Notes: generated by a model from the sequence alone, not told the origin. DNA of 64,000 bases from Escherichia coli (GCF_003018235.1 NZ_CP027437.1), one strand, 5' to 3'; shown: positions 1 to 10,823, counted from the stretch's first letter. Made by a program: numbers and translations.

Positions 1-1007
1 AAGTTGCCCGCCAGCGCGCGGTGTTTACCGATCACATTACCATGATGGATGCGGTGAACGCCGAAGAAGTGGTGTGCATTGAAACCGGGCAGGCCTTTCG
101 TGACCATTTCGGCGGCCCTTACGCGGTGATCCACCGGGTTGATATTCACGCCTCGGTGTGGGAAGCGGTACTGACGCATCCGGACGTGGAATATCACACC
201 TCCACCAACGTCGTGGATATTCGCGAGACGGAAGACGATGTCACCGTGTTTGACGATCGCGGCAATAGCTGGACCGGCGATATTCTGATTGGCTGTGACG
301 GCGTGAAGTCAGTGGTGCGCCAGAGCTTATTGGGCGATGCGCCGCGTGTCACCGGACATGTTGTCTACCGTGCGGTTATCGATCGTGCCGATATGCCGGA
401 AGATTTGCGCATTAACGCACCGGTACTGTGGGCGGGGCCACATTGTCACTTGGTGCATTACCCTTTGCGCGGCGGCAAGCAGTATAACCTGGTGGTAACA
501 TTCCACAGCCGCCAGCAGGAAGAGTGGGGCGTGAAGGATGGTAGTAAAGAGGAAGTGCTCTCTTACTTTGAAGGGATTCACCCCCGTCCGCGCCAGATGT
601 TGGATAAACCGACTTCATGGCGACGCTGGTCAACCGCTGACCGTGAACCGGTGGCGAAGTGGGGAACGAAGCGCATAACGCTTGTGGGCGATTCGGCCCA
701 TCCGGTGGCGCAATATATGGCGCAGGGAGCCTGTATGGCGCTGGAAGATGCAGTAACGCTGGGTAAGGCGCTGGCGCAGTGTGAGGGTGATGCGGCGCAG
801 GCCTTTGCGCTGTATGAGTCGGTACGAATTCCGCGCACCGCGCGCATCGTCTGGTCGACCCGTGAAATGGGGCGGGTTTACCACGCCGCAGGGGTAGAAC
901 GCCAGGTACGTAATCTGCTGTGGAAAGGGAAATCGCAGGCAGAATTTTATCGCGGCATGGAGTGGTTGTACGGCTGGAAAGAAGATAACTGTTTGCAACC
1001 ACGCTGA
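1..1007 (+). CDS. FAD-dependent aromatic-ring monooxygenase (salicylate / 3-hydroxybenzoate hydroxylase family), C-terminal portion; 5' end lies outside the window
   Basis: ORF track 21..1007; the same frame stays open back to position 1. Contains the flavoprotein hydroxylase motif VGDSAHPVAQYMAQGACMALEDA (GD-AH...G-G). Not part of the K-12 dusC neighbourhood as I recall it. Confidence 0.75.
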   Translation, partial: VARQRAVFTDHITMMDAVNAEEVVCIETGQAFRDHFGGPYAVIHRVDIHASVWEAVLTHPDVEYHTSTNVVDIRETEDDVTVFDDRGNSWTGDILIGCDGVKSVVRQSLLGDAPRVTGHVVYRAVIDRADMPEDLRINAPVLWAGPHCHLVHYPLRGGKQYNLVVTFHSRQQEEWGVKDGSKEEVLSYFEGIHPRPRQMLDKPTSWRRWSTADREPVAKWGTKRITLVGDSAHPVAQYMAQGACMALEDAVTLGKALAQCEGDAAQAFALYESVRIPRTARIVWSTREMGRVYHAAGVERQVRNLLWKGKSQAEFYRGMEWLYGWKEDNCLQPR

Positions 1008-1034
1008 GCACTTCTTCACCCAATCAGGCGCACG

Positions 1035-1080
1035 GGCGGTCCCCTCGCCCCTTCGGGAGAGGGTTAGGGTGAGGGTAAAA
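1035..1080. repeat. G/C-tract imperfect palindrome (cccctcgcccc-ttc-gggagaggg ... gggtgaggg)
   Basis: Read directly from sequence; resembles small GC-rich intergenic palindromes of enterobacteria. Family assignment not possible without a search. Confidence 0.3.
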
Positions 1081-1125
1081 ATCTTGCCCGAATTAATCAG
1101 TAAGTCAGTTTGTCTGCAAACACAG

Positions 1126-1154
1126 GAGGCGCTAACATAGCGCCTCATTTTTTT
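1126..1154 (+). terminator. Intrinsic terminator-like hairpin: perfect 8-bp stem gaggcgct/agcgcctc, loop aacat, followed by T7
   Basis: Seen in sequence; lies downstream of the monooxygenase gene and only about 12 nt upstream of the dusC start codon. Confidence 0.6.
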
Positions 1155-1166
1155 GCGGGTGATGAT

Positions 1167-2117
1167 ATGCGTGTGTTACTGGCACCGATGGAGGGAGTGC
1201 TTGACTCTCTGGTGCGTGAATTGCTGACCGAAGTTAACGACTACGATCTGTGCATCACCGAGTTCGTCCGCGTGGTGGATCAACTGCTGCCGGTAAAAGT
1301 CTTTCATCGCATTTGCCCTGAGCTACAAAACGCCAGCCGGACACCATCCGGTACGCTGGTGCGCGTGCAGTTGTTGGGTCAGTTCCCACAATGGCTGGCA
1401 GAGAACGCCGCCCGTGCGGTGGAATTAGGTTCCTGGGGCGTGGATCTCAATTGCGGCTGCCCGTCGAAAACGGTCAACGGCAGCGGTGGTGGGGCAACGT
1501 TACTCAAAGATCCTGAACTCATCTACCAGGGTGCAAAAGCGATGCGCGAAGCTGTACCGGCGCATTTGCCCGTCAGCGTGAAAGTGCGTCTGGGCTGGGA
1601 CAGCGGTGAGAAGAAATTTGAAATCGCCGATGCGGTTCAACAGGCTGGTGCTACGGAGCTGGTGGTGCATGGACGGACAAAAGAGCAGGGTTACCGCGCG
1701 GAGCATATTGACTGGCAGGCGATTGGCGAGATTCGCCAGCGGCTGAATATTCCGGTGATTGCCAACGGCGAAATCTGGGACTGGCAGAGCGCGCAACAAT
1801 GCATTGCGATCAGCGGCTGCGACGCAGTGATGATTGGTCGCGGGGCGCTCAATATTCCCAACCTGAGCCGGGTAGTAAAATATAACGAACCGCGAATGCC
1901 GTGGCCGGAGGTGGTTGCTTTGCTGCAAAAATATACCCGTCTGGAAAAGCAGGGCGATACCGGGTTATATCACGTAGCGCGGATTAAACAGTGGTTGAGT
2001 TATTTGCGTAAAGAATACGATGAAGCAACGGAATTATTTCAGCATGTTCGGGTGTTGAATAATTCCCCTGATATTGCAAGGGCTATTCAGGCAATTGATA
2101 TCGATAAGCTGCGATAA
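1167..2117 (+). CDS. dusC: tRNA-dihydrouridine synthase C
   Basis: ORF 1110..2117; start chosen at ATG 1167 ([20 protein letters not shown]...), matching the remembered DusC N-terminus; Dus-family TIM barrel (NCGCP motif). Confidence 0.93.
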   Translation: MRVLLAPMEGVLDSLVRELLTEVNDYDLCITEFVRVVDQLLPVKVFHRICPELQNASRTPSGTLVRVQLLGQFPQWLAENAARAVELGSWGVDLNCGCPSKTVNGSGGGATLLKDPELIYQGAKAMREAVPAHLPVSVKVRLGWDSGEKKFEIADAVQQAGATELVVHGRTKEQGYRAEHIDWQAIGEIRQRLNIPVIANGEIWDWQSAQQCIAISGCDAVMIGRGALNIPNLSRVVKYNEPRMPWPEVVALLQKYTRLEKQGDTGLYHVARIKQWLSYLRKEYDEATELFQHVRVLNNSPDIARAIQAIDIDKLR

Positions 2118-2219
2118 TAGTGGAATCGCAGTTTATCAGAGACAATGAATCGCTTATTCAGCGTCATCATCTTGTTGCGCTCCTTTCATGAGCTAAGCCA
2201 CATATTGCCACTGGCGCAA

Positions 2220-2420
2220 GGAGCGCGCAGGGGGAGGACAATCGCCTCCTCCCCCTGCCCCCCCGGGCTCTGGCGAACAAAATCGCCGCTGCGCGGTACC
2301 TTCAGCTTATCCCCTTCGGCTACCGGGTCGGGCGCGAGGAAACGTCCTTGTAAGACGCGCCCTCAGCCCACATCCATGTGGGCTGCCCCGGCCTTCGGGG
2401 AACGCTTCAGCGATTTTGAC
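2220..2420. other. GC-rich structured intergenic element with several hairpins (perfect 12-bp stem gcagggggagga/tcctccccctgc at 2226-2256; 10-bp stem cagcccacat/atgtgggctg at about 2354-2377)
   Basis: Seen in sequence. The 107-aa ORF 2145..2468 across it has no convincing RBS and is probably not coding. Confidence 0.3.
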
Positions 2421-2504
2421 GCCACCAACACCGGAGCTGTTTGCAAATCAAGTACACAAAATATCTAGTTCCTGACCTGACAACTTATATGCCATATCTG
2501 ATTT

Positions 2505-2588
2505 TTAAAATATCATCTTAAATACGCCAGTCACCACCAGTAGCCCAATCAGGAAAATAATCAATACAGCCCAGAGTATAATTTTCAT
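2505..2588 (-). CDS. yohP: Small hydrophobic membrane peptide YohP (27 aa, MKIILWAVLIIFLIGLLVVTGVFKMIF)
   Basis: Translated by hand from the minus strand (ATG complement at 2586-2588, TAA complement at 2505-2507); below the 60-aa cutoff of the ORF track; matches the remembered K-12 small protein. Confidence 0.8.
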   Translation of the reverse strand: MKIILWAVLIIFLIGLLVVTGVFKMIF

Positions 2589-2811
2589 TGGCGTTCCTTT
2601 ATTTGTGAGTGCTGAATAAGTATAGGAAAAAACGAAGCCCTTTGCCGTTATCCATAAACGATTAAGATAAATCGGAAGATATCATTCACTTAGTGTATAT
2701 TTTTCTGGATATGTCGTTTTATTGCTACTGATGTATTGCCACGCGGAACTAAAAAATATATCGCAACACACGGTAATCTCCGCGCACCTTTTCTTACCTG
2801 ATTATTCCCCC

Positions 2812-4248
2812 ATGAATCGTGATTCCTTTTATCCAGCCATCGCCTGTTTTCCGCTGTTACTGATGCTGACCGGGTGTGCGCCTATGCATGAAACCCGCCA
2901 GGCGTTAAGCCAGCAAACGCCCGCTGCACAAGTTGACACCGCATTACCCACGGCGCTGAAAAATGGTTGGCCAGACAGCCAATGGTGGCTGGAGTATCAC
3001 GATAATCAACTCACTTCATTAATTAACAATGCACTACAGAACGCACCGGATATGCAGGTGGCTGAACAGCGCATTCAGCTAGCTGAAGCCCAGGCGAAGG
3101 CAATTGCCACTCAGGATGGTCCGCAGATCGACTTTTCTGCGGATATGGAGCGGCAAAAAATGTCGGCAGAAGGGCTAATGGGGCCGTTTGCTCTGAACGA
3201 TCCGGCCGCAGGTACGACCGGTCCGTGGTACACCAACGGAACTTTTGGCTTAACGGCGGGCTGGCATCTCGATATCTGGGGAAAGAATCGGGCGGAGGTT
3301 ACTGCCCGCCTGGGTACGGTTAAAGCACGGGCGGCGGAACGCGAGCAAACCCGCCAATTGCTGGCTGGCAGCGTAGCCCGCCTGTACTGGGAGTGGCAAA
3401 CCCAGGCGGCGTTAAACACGGTCTTGCAGCAAATAGAAAAAGAGCAGAACACCATTATCGCGACCGATCGTCAGCTATATCAGAACGGGATTACTTCTTC
3501 AGTTGAAGGTGTGGAAACCGATATTAATGCCAGCAAAACCCGGCAGCAGCTCAACGATGTCGCGGGGAAAATGAAAATTATTGAGGCACGGTTAAGCGCA
3601 CTTACAAATCACCAGACAAAGTCATTGAAGCTTAAACCGGTCGCGTTGCCGAAAGTGGCAAGCCAGCTTCCTGATGAACTGGGGTACTCCTTACTGGCCC
3701 GGCGGGCAGATTTGCAGGCGGCGCACTGGTACGTTGAGTCATCGCTAAGCACTATTGATGCGGCAAAAGCGGCATTTTATCCTGACATCAACCTGATGGC
3801 CTTCCTGCAACAGGATGCGTTGCACTTAAGCGATCTGTTCCGTCATTCCGCGCAGCAAATGGGCGTTACGGCAGGCCTGACGCTACCCATTTTCGATAGT
3901 GGTCGTCTTAACGCCAATCTCGATATCGCAAAAGCCGAAAGCAACTTGTCTATCGCCAGCTACAACAAAGCGGTGGTTGAAGCGGTGAATGACGTGGCGC
4001 GGGCAGCCAGTCAGGTTCAGACACTGGCGGAGAAAAACCAGCATCAGGCGCAAATTGAGCGCGATGCCTTGCGTGTGGTAGGTCTTGCGCAGGCCCGCTT
4101 TAACGCGGGCATCATTGCTGGTTCCCGCGTCAGCGAAGCCAGAATCCCCGCGCTGCGTGAGCGGGCCAATGGCCTGTTATTGCAAGGGCAGTGGCTGGAT
4201 GCCTCCATTCAACTCACTGGTGCGTTGGGCGGGGGTTACAAACGCTGA
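2812..4248 (+). CDS. mdtQ: Outer-membrane efflux lipoprotein (OMF/NodT family); appears intact here
   Basis: ORF 2722..4248; start chosen at ATG 2812 (MNRDSFYPAIACFPLLLMLTGCAP) giving a lipobox LTGC; uninterrupted 478 codons. Confidence 0.85.
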   Translation: MNRDSFYPAIACFPLLLMLTGCAPMHETRQALSQQTPAAQVDTALPTALKNGWPDSQWWLEYHDNQLTSLINNALQNAPDMQVAEQRIQLAEAQAKAIATQDGPQIDFSADMERQKMSAEGLMGPFALNDPAAGTTGPWYTNGTFGLTAGWHLDIWGKNRAEVTARLGTVKARAAEREQTRQLLAGSVARLYWEWQTQAALNTVLQQIEKEQNTIIATDRQLYQNGITSSVEGVETDINASKTRQQLNDVAGKMKIIEARLSALTNHQTKSLKLKPVALPKVASQLPDELGYSLLARRADLQAAHWYVESSLSTIDAAKAAFYPDINLMAFLQQDALHLSDLFRHSAQQMGVTAGLTLPIFDSGRLNANLDIAKAESNLSIASYNKAVVEAVNDVARAASQVQTLAEKNQHQAQIERDALRVVGLAQARFNAGIIAGSRVSEARIPALRERANGLLLQGQWLDASIQLTGALGGGYKR

Positions 4249-4300
4249 TGATATGTGACTTCTATACTTAACGTTTATTCAGCGTTAAGTGGAGAACTCG

Positions 4301-5062
4301 ATGGCACAGGTAGCGATTATTACCGCCTCCGATTCGGGGATCGGCAAAGAGTGCGCGTTATTACTGGCGCAGCAAGGGTTTGATATTGGCATTACCTGGC
4401 ACTCAGATGAAGAAGGGGCAAAAGATACCGCGCGTGAGGTAGTTAGCCACGGCGTACGTGCGGAGATTGTGCAGCTGGATCTCGGTAAACTGCCAGAAGG
4501 TGCGCAGGCGCTGGAGAAACTCATTCAACGGCTGGGGCGTATTGATGTGCTGGTGAATAATGCTGGCGCAATGACCAAAGCGCCGTTTCTTGATATGGCT
4601 TTCGATGAGTGGCGCAAGATTTTTACCGTTGATGTCGATGGTGCATTTTTATGCTCACAAATTGCGGCCCGCCAGATGGTGAAACAAGGGCAGGGCGGTC
4701 GCATCATCAACATTACGTCGGTACATGAACATACGCCGCTGCCGGATGCCAGCGGCTACACAGCCGCTAAACATGCGCTCGGTGGGTTAACCAAAGCGAT
4801 GGCGCTGGAGCTGGTCAGGCATAAGATTTTGGTGAACGCAGTCGCGCCTGGGGCGATCGCCACGCCAATGAATGGCATGGATGACAGCGACGTGAAGCCC
4901 GACGCGGAGCCTTCGATTCCTCTGCGGCGTTTTGGCGCAACGCATGAGATTGCCAGCCTGGTAGCGTGGCTGTGCTCAGAGGGCGCAAATTACACCACCG
5001 GGCAGTCGTTGATAGTGGATGGCGGCTTTATGTTGGCGAATCCGCAGTTCAACCCAGAATAG
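4301..5062 (+). CDS. yohF: Short-chain dehydrogenase/reductase family oxidoreductase
   Basis: ORF 4289..5062; start at ATG 4301 (MAQVAIITASDSGIGKE); Rossmann TASDSGIG and SDR motifs. Confidence 0.9.
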   Translation: MAQVAIITASDSGIGKECALLLAQQGFDIGITWHSDEEGAKDTAREVVSHGVRAEIVQLDLGKLPEGAQALEKLIQRLGRIDVLVNNAGAMTKAPFLDMAFDEWRKIFTVDVDGAFLCSQIAARQMVKQGQGGRIINITSVHEHTPLPDASGYTAAKHALGGLTKAMALELVRHKILVNAVAPGAIATPMNGMDDSDVKPDAEPSIPLRRFGATHEIASLVAWLCSEGANYTTGQSLIVDGGFMLANPQFNPE

Positions 5063-5102
5063 CGCAGTGAGGTGCGTGGTTATTTCAATGGGTAAAATTT
5101 TG

Positions 5103-5124
5103 GTAGGCATGATAAGACGCACAA
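5103..5124. repeat. Left half of a REP palindromic unit (gtaggcatgataagacgc) split by the IS insertion
   Basis: Together with 6562..6576 (gcgtcgcatcaggca) it reconstitutes a REP-type palindrome once the IS and one ACAA copy are removed. Confidence 0.65.
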
Positions 5125-5654
5125 TGAACTGCACCCCAAATGTTGGACATAATCTGACATCTGAAGGTGCAGTTTATGAAACATTCATTTGAAGTAAAAC
5201 TTGCCGCTGTAAATCATTACCTGGCCGGTCATGCAGGCATCATTTCTACGGCAAAACTCTTTCAACTTTCTCACACCAGCCTCTCACACTGGATTAATCT
5301 TTTTCTTCTTCACGGTCCTCGGGCACTGGATTGCAGACACAAGCGTAGCTATTCTCCTGAAGATAAACTTTGCGTGGTTCTTTATGCTCTCGGGCATTCT
5401 GAGTCTCTACCCCGGGTAGCTGCCCGGTTTAACATTCCCAGCCACAACACGGTTAAAAACTGGATAAAAGGCTACCGCAAATCTGGTAATGAGGTCTTTA
5501 TCAGGCGCAGGAAGGAGAAAAGCATGACCCGTTCTGATGATACCCATGAAAACGAGGCAAACATGACGCCGGAAGAGATGAAGAATGAGCTGCGTTATCT
5601 TCGCGCAGAAAATGCATATCTGAAAGCCATGCAGGAGCATCTCCTGGAAAAAAA

Positions 5655-6556
<902 letters not shown>

Positions 6557-6557
6557 A

Positions 6558-6619
6558 CAAGCGTCGCATCAGGCATGGTGCCCCGGATGTCGGATGCGGC
6601 GCGAACGCCTTATCCAGGG
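6558..6619. repeat. REP/BIME palindromic units (right half of the interrupted unit plus a second unit ccggatgtcggatgcggcgcgaacgccttatccagg)
   Basis: Seen in sequence; canonical REP-like GCCGGATGCGGCG...CTTATCC motifs. Confidence 0.6.
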
Positions 6620-6627
6620 CAATGGTT

Positions 6628-7206
6628 TTACGCCTGATTATCCGGCTTTTTCTTCCCGCGTCGTTTCAGCCACCAGCGCACGCCTACCACCAGAACCACG
6701 ACCAGAATCAACCAGACCCAGTGCTTCAAATGCTGGTCGAGATTGTGCAACCACGGCGCAATCACCTGACCACCAGCGTAACCGATAGTGGTAAAAATCA
6801 ACGCCCAGGCAAATGCGCCGAGAATATTAAGCGGCAGAAAGATTTTCGGCGGCAGCTGGCTGGCACCAATCAGCGTCGGGCCAATCACCCGAAAGCCATA
6901 CATAAAGCGCGTACCAATGACAAACAGATACGGATGGCGTTGGATCAGTTTCTGCGCCCGCTCAATTTTATCCTGATGTTTCGAGAAACGGCGTAACAGC
7001 TTGCCGCCAAACCGCCGCCCGCACAGATAGAGCACCTGGTCGCCAATCATGCCGCCAAGCGCTACAGAAAGTACCACCAGCGGGAACTTTAATAGCCCCT
7101 GATGTGCCGCAACGCCTCCCAGCAAAGTCACGGTTTCACCTTCCGCCAGGCTACCGATAACCAGCGCGGCATAACCATATTGTGAGATGAGTGTATTGAG
7201 ATCCAT
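6628..7206 (-). CDS. yohD: DedA-family inner membrane protein
   Basis: ORF 6628..7242; start chosen at ATG complement 7204-7206 (MDLNTLISQYGYAALVIGSL). Confidence 0.9.
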   Translation of the reverse strand: MDLNTLISQYGYAALVIGSLAEGETVTLLGGVAAHQGLLKFPLVVLSVALGGMIGDQVLYLCGRRFGGKLLRRFSKHQDKIERAQKLIQRHPYLFVIGTRFMYGFRVIGPTLIGASQLPPKIFLPLNILGAFAWALIFTTIGYAGGQVIAPWLHNLDQHLKHWVWLILVVVLVVGVRWWLKRRGKKKPDNQA

Positions 7207-7375
7207 AGGCCAGTCTGTCTCCCTTTGGTTGCCTGTAAGCATACACCCTGTGAATCATTCACGCTGAAAAAGGACGTACATCAGACGGTGCAAATTACAT
7301 GGGCGAACAAAAAATAATCACAAGCTGACTTATACTTGAACTGTCAGGTTCATGAACTCACAACAAGGGGGCGGT

Positions 7376-7963
7376 ATGAGCCATGTCTGGGGACTGTTTT
7401 CCCATCCCGATCGTGAAATGCAGGTGATTAATCGCGAAAACGAAACGATTTCTCACCATTACACCCACCACGTTTTGCTGATGGCGGCGATTCCGGTGAT
7501 TTGCGCCTTCATTGGCACTACACAGATTGGCTGGAATTTTGGCGATGGCACTATCCTGAAGTTATCCTGGTTTACCGGACTGGCGCTGGCTGTCCTGTTT
7601 TATGGCGTTATGCTCGCTGGGGTCGCGGTGATGGGGCGGGTCATCTGGTGGATGGCGCGTAATTATCCGCAGCGTCCGTCACTTGCGCACTGCATGGTCT
7701 TCGCGGGCTACGTTGCAACTCCGCTGTTTTTAAGCGGTCTGGTGGCGCTTTATCCGCTGGTCTGGTTGTGTGCGCTGGTCGGCACGGTGGCACTGTTTTA
7801 CACCGGTTACCTACTTTACCTTGGTATTCCGAGCTTCCTGAATATCAACAAAGAGGAAGGCCTTAGCTTCTCCAGTTCGACGCTGGCGATTGGCGTGCTG
7901 GTACTGGAAGTGCTGCTCGCCCTTACCGTTATACTATGGGGCTACGGGTATCGTTTGTTCTAG
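7376..7963 (+). CDS. yohC: Yip1-family inner membrane protein
   Basis: ORF 7352..7963; start at ATG 7376 (MSHVWGLFSHPDREMQ); multiple transmembrane segments. Confidence 0.9.
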   Translation: MSHVWGLFSHPDREMQVINRENETISHHYTHHVLLMAAIPVICAFIGTTQIGWNFGDGTILKLSWFTGLALAVLFYGVMLAGVAVMGRVIWWMARNYPQRPSLAHCMVFAGYVATPLFLSGLVALYPLVWLCALVGTVALFYTGYLLYLGIPSFLNINKEEGLSFSSSTLAIGVLVLEVLLALTVILWGYGYRLF

Positions 7964-8136
7964 AAAGTTCTTTTGCGCTGCATTGCTGGCGTAAATGTCA
8001 GCAATGCAGCATTTCCTCACGATTCTCCTTTGACGATCGCACTTTTTGCTCGTTATGATGGCGTCGCTAGCCTCAGTAAATCCTTACTCCGGCGGTGCGC
8101 AACCCGTGCGCGTGAACCACTATCTGAATGCTCATC

Positions 8137-9069
8137 ATGCCGAAATTTCGAGTTTCTTTATTTAGCCTGGCCCTGATGCTGGCTGTGCCTTTTGCACCGC
8201 AGGCCGTTGCGAAAACGGCAGCCGCTACTACCGCTTCACAGCCGGAAATTGCTTCCGGTAGCGCGATGATTGTTGATCTGAATACCAACAAAGTGATCTA
8301 TTCGAACCACCCGGATCTGGTGCGTCCGATTGCGTCTATCAGCAAATTAATGACCGCGATGGTTGTGCTGGATGCGCGACTGCCGCTGGATGAAAAACTA
8401 AAAGTGGATATCAGCCAGACGCCGGAGATGAAAGGGGTCTATTCGCGCGTACGACTGAACAGCGAAATCAGCCGTAAAGATATGCTGTTGCTGGCGTTGA
8501 TGTCTTCAGAAAACCGCGCGGCGGCAAGCCTTGCGCACCATTATCCCGGTGGTTACAAATCCTTTATTAAGGCGATGAATGCGAAAGCGAAATCGCTCGG
8601 AATGAACAACACGCGCTTTGTTGAACCGACCGGATTGTCGGTGCATAACGTTTCAACTGCCCGTGACTTAACCAAACTGCTCATTGCCAGCAAACAATAT
8701 CCGTTGATCGGGCAGTTAAGTACCACCCGGGAAGATATGGCAACCTTCTCTAACCCGACGTATACGCTGCCGTTCCGCAATACTAACCATCTGGTGTATC
8801 GTGATAACTGGAATATTCAGTTAACCAAAACCGGTTTTACCAATGCGGCGGGCCATTGTCTGGTGATGCGTACGGTTATCAATAATAAACCGGTGGCACT
8901 GGTAGTGATGGACGCGTTTGGCAAATATACCCATTTTGCCGATGCCAGCCGCCTGCGTACCTGGATTGAGACCGGTAAAGTGATGCCTGTTCCGGCAGCA
9001 GCGTTGAGCTATAAAAAACAAAAAGCCGCCCAGATGGCGGCGGCGGGGCAGACGGCACAGAACGATTAA
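8137..9069 (+). CDS. pbpG: D-alanyl-D-alanine endopeptidase (penicillin-binding protein 7)
   Basis: ORF 8128..9069; start at ATG 8137 ([25 protein letters not shown] signal peptide); SxxK active site (ASISKLMT). Confidence 0.93.
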   Translation: MPKFRVSLFSLALMLAVPFAPQAVAKTAAATTASQPEIASGSAMIVDLNTNKVIYSNHPDLVRPIASISKLMTAMVVLDARLPLDEKLKVDISQTPEMKGVYSRVRLNSEISRKDMLLLALMSSENRAAASLAHHYPGGYKSFIKAMNAKAKSLGMNNTRFVEPTGLSVHNVSTARDLTKLLIASKQYPLIGQLSTTREDMATFSNPTYTLPFRNTNHLVYRDNWNIQLTKTGFTNAAGHCLVMRTVINNKPVALVVMDAFGKYTHFADASRLRTWIETGKVMPVPAAALSYKKQKAAQMAAAGQTAQND

Positions 9070-9074
9070 GTGAA

Positions 9075-9104
9075 TTACGGATGGCGATACTCTGCCATCC
9101 GTAA
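9075..9104. terminator. Bidirectional terminator-like hairpin (ttacggatggc...gccatccgtaa) followed by a T-run, between convergent pbpG and dld
   Basis: Seen in sequence. Confidence 0.5.
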
Positions 9105-9107
9105 TTT

Positions 9108-10823
9108 TTACTCCACTTCCTGCCAGTTTTTCCGCTTACTGGTTTTACCGATCCCCGGATTCATACTGTTGGTCGGATCGTTCTCGCGATAAAACTTCTG
9201 CAACGTCTCCGGTGCTTTATACAAATGACCGACGTTATGTTCGGCAGGGTATTGCGCGCCGCGCTGCTGTAGCAGTTCCAGCATCTGTTCTTTCAACGCA
9301 TGCACATCCACGCCTTTTTTAACGATGTAATCCTGATGGAAGACATAGCACATAAAATGGCCGTAATAGAGCTTGTGCACCAGCTGGCTGTCGATCTCCG
9401 GCGGTAAATGCTCATACCACTCGGTGTCGTTACGCCGCAGAGCGATATCCAGCGCCAGAATGTCTTCGACTTCATCGGAATGCACCGCCTGATAACGAAT
9501 TGCTGCGCCCGCAGCGGCGAAACGGTGTAAAAACGCTTTGCTGCCTTCCTCCGGCGTACAGACAAAGAAATCGCCCTCGGCCTGTTTGAAATAATCCACC
9601 AGCCACGATTTGGCTTCACCAACGCCATCGCCCGCCATTTTTAACAGCAGATGATGCTCGTATTTATCGCGCCAGTTTTTCATGCGCGGCGGTAAATGGC
9701 TGGGGAACAGGTGACCGAATTTTTGCATCGCACGGTCAGTAAAATGCGGACGGAAGAATTTCACTTTCTCCAGCATCGCATCGGTGCGTCCCTTGAGATT
9801 AAAGAAGAACGGCATCTTGTCGGTGCCTAACTTATCAATCATCAGGAAGGTGTCTTTGCCGTATTTTTCCGCAATATCGTAGATATCCCGGTGCATATAT
9901 TCCCCGGCAACCGGCAGATTTTCAAAGTTAGCCAGAATATGACGGCGGATTTCGGTCAGCACTTCCGGCTGGTTGGTGCCGATATAAAACACTTGCTGAT
10001 TTTTTTCCGCTTCGAAGGTATCAAGACGTACTGCAAAGACGGCCAGCTTCCCGGCGCAACCAGAAGATTCAAATAACCGATCCGGATCGGCGTTATAACG
10101 TGCGGGCGTGTCGGCTTCAATATCACGAACGCGGTGGACATAGTCATAATCGTGGGCGTGACGACCATCGTGACGCACATCGTCATCTTTGATGCGATCG
10201 TCATCCAGCTTGCTAAGGATCTGCTCCGGCGTTTCGCCCAGATCAATCCCCAGATGGTTCACCAGCGTCAGTTTGCCATCTTCATTTATACGCGCGAATA
10301 ACGACATTTCGGTATACGCCGGGCCACGCTGCACCAGCGAGCCGCCGGAGTTGTTACAAATACCGCCGATGACCGATGCGCCTATACACGATGATCCAAT
10401 CACCGAGTGCGGTTCGCGTCCCAGCGGTTTGAGGGCTTTTTCCAGCGAATAAAGCGTGGTGCCCGGATAGGCCAGCACCTGTTCGCCCTTGCCGAGAACG
10501 TGCAGCTTGTCGAGACGCAGGGTGCTGATGATCACGATATCGCGATCATAATCGTTACCGTTTGGCGTCGATCCTTCGGTCAGGCCTGTATTGGCAGCCT
10601 GCATCAGAATAATTTTGTCGGCGGTGACGCAGGCTTTCAGCACCCGCCACAATTCCAGTAGTGAGCCAGGGAAAACGACAGCCAGCGCGTCGCCCTGACC
10701 AGAACGGAAGCCCTTGCGATAGCGGGCCGTTTTTGCGGGATCGGTGAGCAGGTGTGAATGACCGACCAGACGGGCAAGTTCATTCAAAAAGGCTTTATTA
10801 TCAGTTGTTGTCATGGAAGACAT
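9108..10823 (-). CDS. dld: FAD-dependent D-lactate dehydrogenase (membrane-associated)
   Basis: ORF 9108..10856; start chosen at ATG complement 10821-10823 (MSSMTTTDNKAFLNELARLVG), 571 aa. Confidence 0.95.
   Translation of the reverse strand: MSSMTTTDNKAFLNELARLVGHSHLLTDPAKTARYRKGFRSGQGDALAVVFPGSLLELWRVLKACVTADKIILMQAANTGLTEGSTPNGNDYDRDIVIISTLRLDKLHVLGKGEQVLAYPGTTLYSLEKALKPLGREPHSVIGSSCIGASVIGGICNNSGGSLVQRGPAYTEMSLFARINEDGKLTLVNHLGIDLGETPEQILSKLDDDRIKDDDVRHDGRHAHDYDYVHRVRDIEADTPARYNADPDRLFESSGCAGKLAVFAVRLDTFEAEKNQQVFYIGTNQPEVLTEIRRHILANFENLPVAGEYMHRDIYDIAEKYGKDTFLMIDKLGTDKMPFFFNLKGRTDAMLEKVKFFRPHFTDRAMQKFGHLFPSHLPPRMKNWRDKYEHHLLLKMAGDGVGEAKSWLVDYFKQAEGDFFVCTPEEGSKAFLHRFAAAGAAIRYQAVHSDEVEDILALDIALRRNDTEWYEHLPPEIDSQLVHKLYYGHFMCYVFHQDYIVKKGVDVHALKEQMLELLQQRGAQYPAEHNVGHLYKAPETLQKFYRENDPTNSMNPGIGKTSKRKNWQEVE

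Noticed and set aside
412-1148. Minus-strand ORFs overlapping the monooxygenase gene
   Set aside because: Entirely inside the well-supported plus-strand coding frame; no RBS.
2145-2468. 107-aa ORF between dusC and yohP
   Set aside because: It spans a GC-rich hairpin-dense element, has a proline/arginine-rich low-complexity translation and no recognisable RBS; more likely non-coding.
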